DNA of 63,997 bases, filler included, from Ionaspis alba (taxonomy: Eukaryota), in assembly GCA_964255285.1 (NCBI GenBank). It is 3 parts of 3 records of this genome, joined end to end, with 100 filler letters (N's around TTAATTAATTAA, not from the genome) between each part and the next. Parts side by side here need not be neighbours in the genome. Positions count along the whole stretch, not along the records: positions 22,980 to 45,815 come from CAXUUL010000195.1; positions 45,916 to 63,997 come from CAXUUL010000298.1; 1 more part is not named here. One strand, written 5' to 3'. Positions 38,230 through 50,165 of this stretch are shown one piece after another. A model generated the notes under the pieces. That model made no database searches. It had not been told where the DNA came from and saw nothing but the letters and a program-made list of their open reading frames with translations. The translations under genes were made by a program, and so were the position numbers. The number at the start of each line of letters is the position of its first letter. Within the stretch, counting starts at the first letter, position 1.

Positions 38230-39687
38230 ATGGATTCTGCATACGATCATATCCAAGAGGAAGTCCTCCGGTCTGATGACAGTTCCGAACAAGCTCGTGG
38301 GAAACAACAACAGCAACAGCAACAGGAAGGCAGCCTCAACACCGAGCTTCAAGAAGCTTACAGGTCTTTCTCTGCTAGCCCATGGGGTGCGAGACTAGGC
38401 GGGTTCCTTGGAAGTGTCAAAAAGCAAGGGGAGAGTTATTACCAAGGTGCTCGGCAAGAAGCAACGGCTGCTGGTGAGGAAGCGTTGAAAGGCTTCACGG
38501 ATCTGAAGTCCACACTCGTCAGTCGCGCTCGCTCTCTGTCTACTGGCGAGACGTCAGTGGCTGCAGCTGCAGGTACAATTGAAAAGAACACTCTTGGAGT
38601 GAACGGTACAGAGGAAGAAACGAGGGCACGCACAGCAAGCGAAGCTCTACGTGAGTCGGAAGGGCTCATCTCTCGTTTCAGGTCCGAAGCCGCGAAACGG
38701 CTGAAAGACATTGAGAAAGCTGAAGATGCAGCCGATGAAGCTCTTTTCAGATTCGGCACCAATATCCGCAACTTCCTCCGTGACGCTGTGAGCATAGCCC
38801 CACCGACGGATGAAAGTGACAAAGATGGCAACAGTAAAGTCCTTTTCGAGAGCAAGGATCATGACGGGAAGAGAGTCATACACACGACCCGATTTGATGC
38901 CCAGCTCCATGCCATACATTCCTCACTCGACAGCTTCACTAGAGACCCAGTGAGCTCCGAATATGAGAAATGGAAGACCTCAGACTTCAACGTAGAGAAG
39001 AAGACGGATGAGATAGCAGCCGATCTCGAGAAATATGAAGAGTTGAGACGGGTCATGGAAAAGCTTGTTCCCGAGAAGGTGGAATACGCACAGTTCTGGG
39101 AACGATATTACTTTTTACGAATGGTCATCGAGAGTGAAGAACAGCGAAGGCGAGATCTCCTCAAAGGTATGAGAAACATACGATCATCTGATCATCATGA
39201 TCATCACTTTCCTAGCTCAATCTAATACGTGGTGCCAGGCGCTACACTTGCTCCGGTCGAAGAGGTTGGCTGGGACGAAGATTCCGATTCAGAACCATCG
39301 ACTCCACAACCCGGCAAGACCGCTCCTAATCTTCCTCTTGGACTGGCTCCCAAAACATCTACTTCCACTCCAACCGCCTCTACGACCATTACCGTCCCTC
39401 AGCATCCGGCATTCGCTTCAGAGGAATCGTCAAATGGAAATGAATCAGATGCCCTTAAACCGAATGAATCGCGTCGATCCCAGGATCAGCATAGTCAGCC
39501 AGATAGCGACGCTAGCTACGATCTGGTGAGTGGAGTCACCACTGGTGCACCAGGGAGTCCAAAGGAAGAAAAGGAAAAGGCCGAGAGTGCCGGAACCGAT
39601 GATAGGAGTAAGTCAGTCAAGGTGGATCAATCAGGGAAGGAGACAAAGCATAGCAAGGTCGAGAGTGACGAAGAGGACTGGGAGTGA
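38230..39687 (+). CDS. DOS2: BSD domain protein (Dos2-like)
   Basis: [41 protein letters not shown] and C-terminal ESDEEDWE. Intron 39167-39238. Confidence 0.85.
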
Positions 39688-40063
39688 CGTCGTACGTTTC
39701 GAAATTCCTCAGATGCGGTGGTAAAGCAAGCTTAGCTTGCAAGACAATAAGGAAGCAAAATGTTGCCGCGGATTTGGTGCCTTTTCCTATTCCCGGCGTT
39801 GTGAGGAGGGCGATGTTCAATGATTCTAAGACGAGTCTATATCATTTGTCATGGTAATGAAGATGCAGATAGCAGGAGCAGTGCACCTCTAGAGACAGAG
39901 AGGAGTCGCTCTCCCTGCGACTCAGTACATTAATCATATTAGCCCTTGCTGTGGCACAAGTCAGCACCATGATATCATCAAAACACGGCTCTGCAGCAGA
40001 AACGAGTTCCAATCATACTAATGCTAGACAACGACTGACGACCACATTCATCCCCTTCCAGTT

Positions 40064-42857
40064 CTAATCCTTTGGCTCTTCTGTTGTAGAAATAGGACTT
40101 GTTCCCAAGCCCTCGTCGGTAATGCCGGTTCCCGGCCTTGCAAGTGGGCTTCCCTTTTTCATTGGGACTTTTGAAACGTCCTCAAATCTCATGCGAGATG
40201 TCCTCTTGTCTGTCCGANNNNNNNNNNNNNNNNNNNNNNNNNNNNNNNNNNNNNNNNNNNNNNNNNNNNNNNNNNNNNNNNNNNNNNNNNNNNNNNNNNN
40301 NNNNNNNNNNNNNNNNNTGGGACTTTTGAAACGTCCTCAAATCTCATGCGAGATGTCCTCTTGTCTGTCCGAAACCTTGGAATACCTGGCGAAAGCCCTG
40401 GCGAGGTATGCCGTACTTGCATATTGTCGCTAGAGGACCGAGGAAGAGGAGGCGCTGATCGGTCAGGCGTGTTGCCCCGTGAAGAATATGCGCGGTTTTT
40501 CAGCAGAAGTGGTGGTGTCGCTGGTACAGGTTGTCCGTCGGAAGCGGAAGGATGGGTGGGTGAGTAGATGCGATGGGAGTCATAGCCTTCATCGTATCGA
40601 GAACTTCCATATCCATCATAATTCCTCTCTTCCGCCGACTCTACATAATCCTCATATCCATTTTCTCGAGTATGATTCCAGCCCGCTTGGCTTTCGCCGC
40701 CACGGTACTGGTATTCCTCGCCTCGTCTCTTGATTGGACTTTCGTCGTAAGGGTCGAAACCTACTTGGCGTCTGGCCTCAGCTCGGAGACGTCTCCGTTC
40801 ATGTTCGTCGCCTTGTGCCGCGCCTGTTGTGGCTGATTCCGAGAGGAAGAAGTTCAAAAGTTCATCAGGAATAGACAGATGCGAGGTTTGTTGAAATTGT
40901 TGAAGGGAAAGAAGACGGAGAATCGTTTCGAGGAGGGAGAGGGAGGTACGGATTGGTGGAAGCGGTGCGGCAGTGATCATGGAGACCGTATTGGTTGGCG
41001 GAGATTGCGAGATGAGATGACGAGAATGGAAGGAGTCAGGACGGGGTGTGTCGTTCAGATAGAGCTTGGAAAGAGCCCTTGTCATCTCTGGATCGATGGA
41101 TGGAGAACGCGAGGATGATTTGTTCCTGCCTGGCGTCTCGATTTCAGATTCCGTATCAGATTGGGGATCGTCAGTATAGACCTCAAATGCCAGCCATTCA
41201 GGGTCGAGATCTGCTGGAATATGCCATTGGTTTAGGCGCGGCGAGAGACCAAAAGAACCAATCGATACCGTGGAAGAACAGTCCTGCTCACGTTCAAATT
41301 GGGCATCAATTTCGATCTGATTAGTATCTTGATCGACGTTTTTCCGTGACATGTCTGCATTGCTGGGATGCTCAACCCCAGCTTGTGGACTGTTTGCCTC
41401 CTGAAACCGTTCCATCATTCGTCGAGGTGGTATTGCATTGGTGTCTCGCTTCAAAAGAAGCACTGGGCTATTTACCTCTCCCTCGTTCCCGATGTTGAGA
41501 ATTTTTCCAGTATCTGCATAAAAGATCTTGGAAATTTCATGGACCGGTATGGCTTCACGGATCCCAGCAACATGAACATCGTCGTAGGGACCAGGTGCTG
41601 CCTCGTACTCTTCGTATGTATGAACACGATCGTCTTCGAGATCCTCGACAATGAGGAGTTGATATGCGTACTCGAATTCCTTGCCCTCTGCCTCGATGTT
41701 CGGTCGTTGATCGTCGTTCGACCCTGGCAATTCTGTAACCCCACTATCTGAACGCCTCCCGTATTTCAAGCCTGCCTCACTTTGCGGCAAATCGTACAGA
41801 GAGTCAAGAGGCACTCGAACAAGCTTCAGTCGTGCTTTGTGAATCACTTCTTTCCAAGTACTTTGTCTCATGTCCTCTTCTTTCTCTACAAAGGAATGAC
41901 CAAGGAACAGCATGTACAAGGAGAGAGTAAACGTTGGACCTATCTGGACAAAGGGGGAGGCCGAGCTGGAATACGCTGTATCTCCCGCGGTCAGGAATGT
42001 ACTTGCTTGGAGCAGTCGAGAAGGGGAAATCGTGGTCGGCAGAGATGTTGACAAGCTCGCACCAGAGGTGGTTATGGCGAGATTGATTAGTGGTACCGCA
42101 TCCTCTATTTTACTCAATACCTTTCGTATCTGGATCACTATTCTCTTCAGTTCAAGCTCGTTTTGGTGCTTTGGTTGAGATTCCGGATTTCTTTGCATAA
42201 GCTCTCCCTCGTTCGCCGCCCTTGCCAGACGTTGGCCAAGTTCTTGGATCTCCCATCTCAATGATTTCGTCAAAGACACAGCAGACTCAAGGGAGGTATT
42301 GCCACGGGCAGAGCTACATATCTGTCAGAGCGATGCCCGAAAACATGAAAAATGTGCCCGCATTAACGTACATCAGCTCGATCATGTCGATAGCAGGAGA
42401 TATTATCTATCATGACTAGTCAGGAAATGGATTCTCGGAACCAATCAGCGAAATTCGAAAAGCACAAGACGAAAAGCAAAGCATCTGGGACAAGGAAGCT
42501 ATAGAACTATTTAAAGCATAAATTGGATGTGTAGAGGGTGTAAGGATGTTCGAAGCAGACAAGGTAACAAACTCTAATCTTGCTGTCTAGGCGCTCCTGG
42601 AGAGCCTGGAGCTCTTCTCTTGCACTGTCATCTACATTCTGTATCAAAAAGTCAATTTTTTGGAACATTGGAGTTCAGGGCACGTCTGTCAGACCTTGAG
42701 AAGTCTAGATGATTGCCGAAGGGCATATCCTGCGGTAATGGTAATTCCAGAACTGCACGCTTCGTCAGAGATGATCGGGAATGTTCCTGTAGTATGTCCT
42801 TCACCGAATGGCATAGTTCATGGCCTGCTGAGTGACTTTGCTTAGAAGGACATCCAT
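40064..42857 (-). CDS. YRB30: RanGTP-binding protein (Yrb30 family)
   Basis: MDVLLSKVTQQAMNYAIR, IISPAIDMIEL, IEDAVPLINLAITTSGA, SPSRLLQAS, WKEVIHKA and SLSLLETILRL. The C-terminus (...STTEEPKD*) is recovered by collapsing the 55-bp overlap across the N gap. Confidence 0.85.
40218..40317. other. 100-N gap flanked by an identical 55-bp overlap (assembly artefact)
   Basis: 40163-40217 is identical to 40318-40372. Confidence 0.95.
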
Positions 42858-43324
42858 GATGTCGTCACGTTGAAGTTTAGGAGCTCTATGGAGCACCAGC
42901 GCCGCCTGCCTCGTTAGTAGCAGAACATCCTCGAGTAAGTAACGACATATCAGAAAATTATCCGAAGTGCTGTTAGAATTCTTGCTGATCTTGCTTAAAG
43001 TTGAGCATACTAATCATCTGATCAATAATGTGCCGAACATGAGTAAGGATGAGTCAAACAATACCCGAAACAGATCGCAGTGTAAACAACCGGGGAGAGG
43101 GTTAGAACGGCTTCGCCATTGGCTGGAAGGCACGTCATTAGCGCGCGTCTTTAGCAAACCCTCCTCAGCCCTGCTACGAACAGTTCGACTGTTTCGACAC
43201 CTTTTCTCCATCCTAGTACCCGCCGTCAACTTCACCTACCGGGTGAGGCCAAAACGCCTGAACAATCATTTGAGCTGAAGGTTCTTTCTCTATCTCCCCC
43301 TGGTCGACAACCGACTGTATCAAG

Positions 43325-45507
43325 ATGTCCGGCCTTGATTCCTGGGAAGATGATCCGGCAGCGCAAGAGGATAAAGATCTCTCTCGTCAGGCCCAACAGA
43401 ACCTCAATCTACAGGTTCAAGGAAATCAGAATGCACAAGGCCATACTTTTACACCCGGAGCGAACACCTTGCAACCAGGAGCCCAGTCATTTCAGCCCGG
43501 GCAAGCATACCAACAGTACGGGTACAATCAACCACAATACAATCAGTACTATAGTCAACAGCAGCAGCAGCAGTACGGGGGCTATCCACAGTACGGCCAG
43601 GGAGATTATGGCCAAGGTTACGGTCAGGAACGCGGTGGCTACAACGAGACGTACGGCAACCAATACGGAGCATATAACCAAACCCAGGGTTATCAACAGA
43701 AGCAGCCTCAACCAACGCAGACACCGATTATAGCAAAGAGACCATCCGCAGGTCAAGCTCCCGTGAACGGGATCTCTGCTCCTATCTCTACTCCGGCCCC
43801 ACCTCAACCTACAGCTCCTACATCAGTAGCTCCAGAGAAGAAAGAACCTCAACCGCCACTGAAATCCAAGGTCCAATCGACCAAGGTCTTGACAATAGGT
43901 GGAACGGCTCCTGCTAAGAAGGAGACTGGTAGTGCGGAGGATGGTGCGAAAGTGGCCGCCACCAAGGCCATCGAGAGGACGGAAAAGCCTGCTGCCTCTA
44001 CCAGCGGCACTACCTCCCCGGCACCGTCTTCGGGCAAGTCGAGTCCTACGCCGGCGGAGACCAGAGCAGCACAGAGAGAGGCAGATGCTGTCACGAAAGA
44101 ACAAGCTATGGATGTCGACGAGGAAATTCTCGAGGAAGTTTATGGCAAGGAACATGTTAATTTGATTTTCATCGGTCACGTCGACGCTGGTAAATCCACG
44201 CTGGGAGGTAGCATTCTCTACGCCACAGGCATGGTAGATGAGCGGACTATGGACAAATACAAGAGGGAGGCGAAGGAAGCGGGACGAGAGACCTGGTATT
44301 TATCCTGGGCCTTGGACTTGACAAAAGAGGAACGAGCGAAGGGTAAGACCGTGGAGGTGGGACGGGGTTTCTTTGAGACCGAGAAACGACGCTACACCAT
44401 TCTTGATGCACCGGGCCACAAGACGTTCGTACCAAACATGATTGGAGGTGCTTCACAGGCAGATATCGGCATTCTAGTCATCTCTGCCCGTAAAGGAGAA
44501 TACGAGACAGGTTTCGAGAAAGGCGGTCAAACACGGGAACATGCAATCCTTGCCAAAACCCAAGGAGTGAATCAGCTGGTCGTCGTTATCAACAAAATGG
44601 ATGACCCAACCGTGGAATGGAGCCAAGCACGATTTAAGGAGTGCTCCGACAAACTCACAATGTTTCTTAAAGGTCTAGGCTACGGCAAGAATGACCTGAC
44701 ATTCATGCCCATTTCGGCACAAACCACGGTCGGAATAAAAGATAGGGTGCCGAAACATATCGCCCCATGGCACGACGGTCCTTCCCTGCTAGAATATCTT
44801 GACAATTTAAAGTCTTTGGAGCGAAAGCTCAATGCTCCTTTCATGATGCCTGTCAACGGCAAATACCGTGACATGGGAACGATGGTAGAGGGGAAGATTG
44901 AGGCCGGTGCCATCAAAAAAGGAAGTACTTACGTTATGATGCCAAATCGAGATGAGGTCTCAGTGTCCGCTCTCTATGGTGAAACCGAAGAGGAGATTCA
45001 GCAAGCGACTTGTGGTGAGCAAGTTCGGGTCCGACTAAGAGGAATCGAGGAGGAAGATATCCTTCCTGGTTTTGTCATGTGTTCGCCCAAGCGACCCGTG
45101 CACTGTGTTTCGGAATTTGAAGCTCAGATCGTTCTTCTCGAACTAAAGAGCATTCTTAGCGCTGGCTTCAATTGTGTATTGCATGTGCACTCAGCCATTG
45201 AAGAGGTGACATTTGATGCACTACTGCACAAGCTGGAGAAAGGTACGGGGAGACGAAGCAAGAAACCTCCGGCATTTGCTGCCAAAGGTCAAAGTATCAT
45301 TGCGCGATTGAAGGTCATCGGTGGCGCAGGAGCTGTCTGTGTCGAAAGATTCGAGGATTACGCCCAGATGGGCCGCTTTACCTTACGAGATCAGGTATGT
45401 CTGGCGTGTGGGCGATCTTTCCGGGTCCTCCTGGCTGACCTGGCCATTAGGGTCAAACCATTGCCATTGGCAAAATCACTAAACTCATCACCGACGCGCC
45501 CGCTTAG
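43325..45507 (+). CDS. SUP35: Eukaryotic release factor 3 GTPase with Q/N/G/Y-rich N-domain
   Basis: GHVDAGKST, GKTVEVG, DAPGH and NKMDD. Intron 45395-45450 gives the ending FTLRDQGQTIAIGKITKL. Confidence 0.97.
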
Positions 45508-45815
45508 ATGGTGGAGAAGAACGTCTATAGGATTGACAATAGAATGGCCGGTTCGACGGTTAATCAGGGTCTGGGATAGGGGATTATCAGGATAAGCAGG
45601 ATGCACGAGATGTGCCTACGCACGCCTTTACGGGCCTAAAAGAAAGGTTGCTGTTTTACTCATATGTCCTGTAGACGGGCGCGTCACACTTTCAAGCATT
45701 TATTTGTAGGACGTATTATTAGAAGTTGCAAACGAAAGCAACTAAAGGTGTTCACCAAGCACCAGCAGTACTTCTGTTGGACACTCACTGGAGGCCGTAT
45801 CACCCCGACTCAACC

Positions 45816-45915
45816 NNNNNNNNNNNNNNNNNNNNNNNNNNNNNNNNNNNNNNNNNNNNTTAATTAATTAANNNNNNNNNNNNNNNNNNNNNNNNNNNNN
45901 NNNNNNNNNNNNNNN
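45816..45915. other. Artificial contig linker N44-TTAATTAATTAA-N44
   Basis: Same design as 22880-22979. Confidence 0.97.
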
Positions 45916-46728
45916 CGAGGGTTGTTGTAACGACTGTTGGGGTTGGATTACGTGGTTGGACAAGCTAAAATCGACAAAGCTCTGTTGCAAACCCCTCTGG
46001 ATGCAATCGATCATGCTCAAGTAGCGAGACGTCGAATGCTGTAGACCAGGTAAAAGAATGGCATTGGTCGTAAAGTTCTCGAGATTGTGAGAAGAGGGGA
46101 ATGATACCCTACCTAATTCGACGACTCCTGCTCGTGCAATTTACCGGGAGATTAGACGCGGGCCGGGGAGCTCCATGCTTAGGCGGTCAGTCCCTGGATT
46201 TTGGAGCTTCCCCTGTCAGTATTCCCTGTTTGGCGGATTCCTAGGTATGGATTAACGGTGCCGCTGACCCAAAGGGCAACTGAACTCGTAGGAGTCGAGA
46301 TTCGCGGTGATCGTTCACATATGTTGCAGTGCGTGCAACAGCAAGCGAGTATCGTGGTCGGTCAGGGGGCGGAAACTAGTGACTAACGACAACATCCACA
46401 ACAGGACACCGTCATGTTAACGTGCATGTTTATTGTTGTACTTTGTACGTCAGACGTCATACTTAATATGAGGGAACGATTTGCTACAGACTGCGAGTAC
46501 GCGTGTGGAAGATCAAATAAACGTATTTGCAGACCTATCTAGAGAGGACTGTTTGAAAAATGCACGGGATATGATATGTCGATGGAGCGGAGGAATAGAG
46601 CCGTCATCCATTCGTGGTCAAGATCCTCATTACTCACCAAGGCTGTCGTATATATTTGCCCGATCCTACTCCTTGCTCTCTATCCGTTCATCAGCAGTTC
46701 CATGATCAGAGCTCTATTTAAAGCCAAA

Positions 46729-47404
46729 ATGTCCTCCAAAGCCCCCTTGAATCCACGCGATTTCCCTCGCCCTCCTCTTTGTGAACCAACTCCTAGGCAT
46801 CTACAGATCAAATGGGACGGTACATTGATTGCAGATACTAAAGAGGCGTTCTGGGTGCTCGAGACCACCCATCCACCGAGTATGTTTCTTAAAGCTGTCA
46901 ATGTCTTTTATCGTTCATCGAAGCGTTTTCTGCATTCATGTAAATTTGCCGAAGAAGCTCTCTTACCACGTTTCTGTTGTCAATCTTCGGATCCAAAGAG
47001 GCAAGCGGAGACAAACTGTGATACATCGACTGTTTGTCGCGCCGAGCTTGCACCACACTGACTCTTCCAATCCAGCGTACTACCTCCCACCCTCTTCCAT
47101 CTCCATCCCACTCACCAAGTCCTCCCATTCCTCGTTCTGCGAGTGGAAAGGTCGCGCCACATACTGGGACATTGTTCACCCCAATGATTCATCCTCCACC
47201 GTCCGCAACCGTATCTGGAGCTACCAATCCCCGACAAAAGGGTTCAATGGGATCAAAGATTATTTGTCCTTTTATGCGGGACCTTGGGATTGCTATGTTG
47301 ATGGTGAGCTCGTGAAGCCACAGCCAGGAGATTTTTACGGGGGCTGGGTCACGAGCGAGATTGTTGGAAAGGTCAAGGGTGGCCCTGGGACTTGGGGGTG
47401 GTAA
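46729..47404 (+). CDS. DUF427 family protein
   Basis: WVLETTHPPTYYLP, SFCEWKGRATY, IWSY, YLSFYA and FYGGWVT. Intron 46880-47075. An alternative in-frame ATG lies at 46702. Confidence 0.88.
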
Positions 47405-47687
47405 ATCCGAAGGGTTGCGTGCTGCATTTATGGATGAGGAGATGTGTGAAGGGAAATGGATCAGTTAGATGGAAGACGGGTGTGATATAGGATCCGAAGA
47501 ACACGAGAATGTGATCTTCGGTTGAAAAAGAATGTCAATTGGCAACGGAGAGACCGATATACTTGCCCAAAACATCAGTACCTTCATTGACAGATCAGTA
47601 GCACGAGACTTGTGAAAAGTAGTAGAGTACGTAATTCGTGACTATCTTATGTCAAGCAAAGCGCTCGAGATACAAACTCGAGAATAG

Positions 47688-47808
47688 TCCACGTAGAGAA
47701 ATGACATCTCTCTGAAAAGTGACACAAATCCTGTGCCCAAGTATTCCATCCACGTAGAGCAACGACAATTCTTTAGAAATGACACAAAACCTGTGTCCAA
47801 ATATTCCG
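47688..47808. repeat. Degenerate ~61-bp tandem duplication (2 copies)
   Basis: tccacgtagag...tgacacaaa.cctgtg.ccaa.tattcc starts at 47688 and again at 47749. Confidence 0.8.
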
Positions 47809-47982
47809 ACCAAGTCCACCATTTTCACGTAAGCCCCATGCAGTAACACGAACACCCAAGAATACACAAGCCCCGACTAAACAACTTCTAGCAGTGGGTC
47901 AAATGGAGATCTCCACCCCAACGCGTCTGCACGTCTGTGCTAGTTCTAAAAATTGATCAACCTAGTCAGGTCATGCCTTACC

Positions 47983-49607
47983 TCACGTTCGAGGGGTGCG
48001 ACGTCTAGCGGACCGGGCATCCATGATCCCGTACAGAAACTTCTGGGGGACGCAAAGAGCACCTCGGTGTTCCTCTCCAGTGCAGTTGCCATCATCCGGG
48101 ACGAACTTTCCGTTCTTGACGCAAATGAGACAAAGAGGTTTGACATCGTCCATACTCTCAATGTCGAGATCACGCATCGCCTTATTGACACTGGTGATAC
48201 AGATCTTGCACTTGCAAGAGTTCGGGCTGAACCCGATCCAATGGTTCCCTGGTTCCTCCTCGAACTTCTTGAGCTTGCGGTGGATCTCTTCAATGCTTGT
48301 TCGGCCCATGGTCACTGACAATGGCCAAAGGCCTTGCTCTGACAGTTTGATTAGCCAGTTCCCGATCTTTTCCTTGGCTTTGCAGAAGTTGTTTGGCGGC
48401 TCTGGTTGCAATTGCCCTTGTTCCAACAGTTCCGCGTTACTGAGGCTGCTGCTGTAGGGTCCGACTCTGGCGATGGTCAGATTAGGAGCAAATCTACCAT
48501 CGTTCGTGCCAACTGGGTTGTTGGTCGTGCCAGTATTGACAAGGGGAGGGAATGCTGGTCTATTGGGACGAGAGTGGTTGGCTGTGATAGGGTGCATACG
48601 AGCAGTAAACCTCCTCGCTCTTGCATTGAACATAGCAAACGGCGCTCGTCGAGGAGAGGGTGCAACAAGCTGGGTCCCGTTCGCAACCGGGTTATTTTGC
48701 ACAATTGCAGGTGTAGATACTGCTGCTAATACATGATCAGACGGATTCGTGTTGGTTGTTGGTCGAAGCTTGTGATAAACATGTGCAGTGAAAAAGGACC
48801 AAAAAATGGAATAGGACATACCTTCATTTATTCTTTTATATTCTTCTAGGTATGGCAGAATAGCTGTCTCGATCTTGCGCTGGAGTTGTGCCATCAAGTC
48901 CATGCGGTAAACTCTGATAGTCTCTATGATCACGAATATTAGTTACCGAACAGCCGCGTCAACGGCAGATACTCACCGAGAAAGCCATCTGGAAGGACGG
49001 CGAAACCTGGCGCATTCTGGTCGATGTTGGAGACGTCTGCTGCGGTAGCCCTCCACAAGAAGTTTCGACTCGCGACTGCAAACCCATTCTCATGGTTATA
49101 GCAATAGGCAATGTAGATGCATTGGCCATACTTCTGGGGCAATTGCTCTCTCAAGTCTATGCCAGGAGGATACCTGAAGCGGAAATGGAACCGGGTGCTA
49201 AACCAGACCTCAACCCATGGCTGGAGTGCTTCGCTCGTATCGTATTTATCACACAGAATAGCGAGATCATTCAACAAAGAAAAGGAGGTCACTTTGACTG
49301 ACCCACATCGCAAGTGTGCAATATCACACAGAACAGTCACCGCAGCCACATTGTCGTCGGGGAGAGAAATGCTCCGTAGCCCATTGGACGCTCTTGATGT
49401 GCCTTCAAGGAATCTTGAGTTTAGCATTCTTTTGAAAACAGGCGAGACACGGCACAAAGCATGCGAAGAAACACGAAGATGTCGTTGCACTGCTCCACTG
49501 CCAACCATGAGGAGTAGATCACCTTCTGCATCGATACTCTCAACGGTGGGTTGCCCAGGGGAATTCATATCTAGGTCAGTAGAGTCAACAGCTATGTGGG
49601 AGCTCAT
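47983..49607 (-). CDS. Fungal BTB/POZ-domain protein with Cys-rich C-terminus
   Basis: IDAEGDLLLMVG...LRVSSHALCRVSPVFKRML...LPDD...LAILCDKYD. Intron 48976-48924. C-terminal LSEQGLWP and CLICVK. Confidence 0.85.
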
Positions 49608-50165
49608 TGTGCTTGCGATTTCGATAGGATTAAGCTCAGGAATGAACAGTTCTTTTCAAGCAAAGCCCAGAGGAAGCAGATTGTAGTCAAGATGGTCGTA
49701 CAAGTTAACGACGTTCATAATTCCTGGTTCGATGTGTCGGTATATCGACTAAGCGAAGCCCTCAAACGCGTCGTAGGCGGGATCGCGGTGGCAGTAGCCT
49801 TCTTGTGGTGTCAAAAGCGGCAACCCTCTTAGGTCTTATGCCCTCCATTTTCAGGCCTATGTTAAGGACCAGGCACGGTTTATGACTTTGCTTTCCTGAA
49901 AGCACTTGAATACTCCTTGCGCCTGAAACAGATTGCATCTTCGTGCCTGGCACGACTGACTGGGGAGAAACATTGGAAGTGGGTGCTTTGGTGTTGTTTT
50001 GTCGAAGGTGTGTGCTGAAAAGTCGTTGGTATCGCCAAGACCATCGTTTCCGGGCCAACAATTCTTGGCGCCGGGACTTCGATAACCAAACACCCTGTAT
50101 CGCCAATCGTGATTGTACAGCAGCTGAAGGGCAAGCAAGTACAAACGCAACGATTCTGGGTCACG

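Noticed and set aside
45395..45595. Extended Sup35 C-terminus in the ORF track (VCLACGRS...)
   Set aside because: It results from reading through a canonical intron (45395-45450); the spliced form gives the conserved end at 45507.
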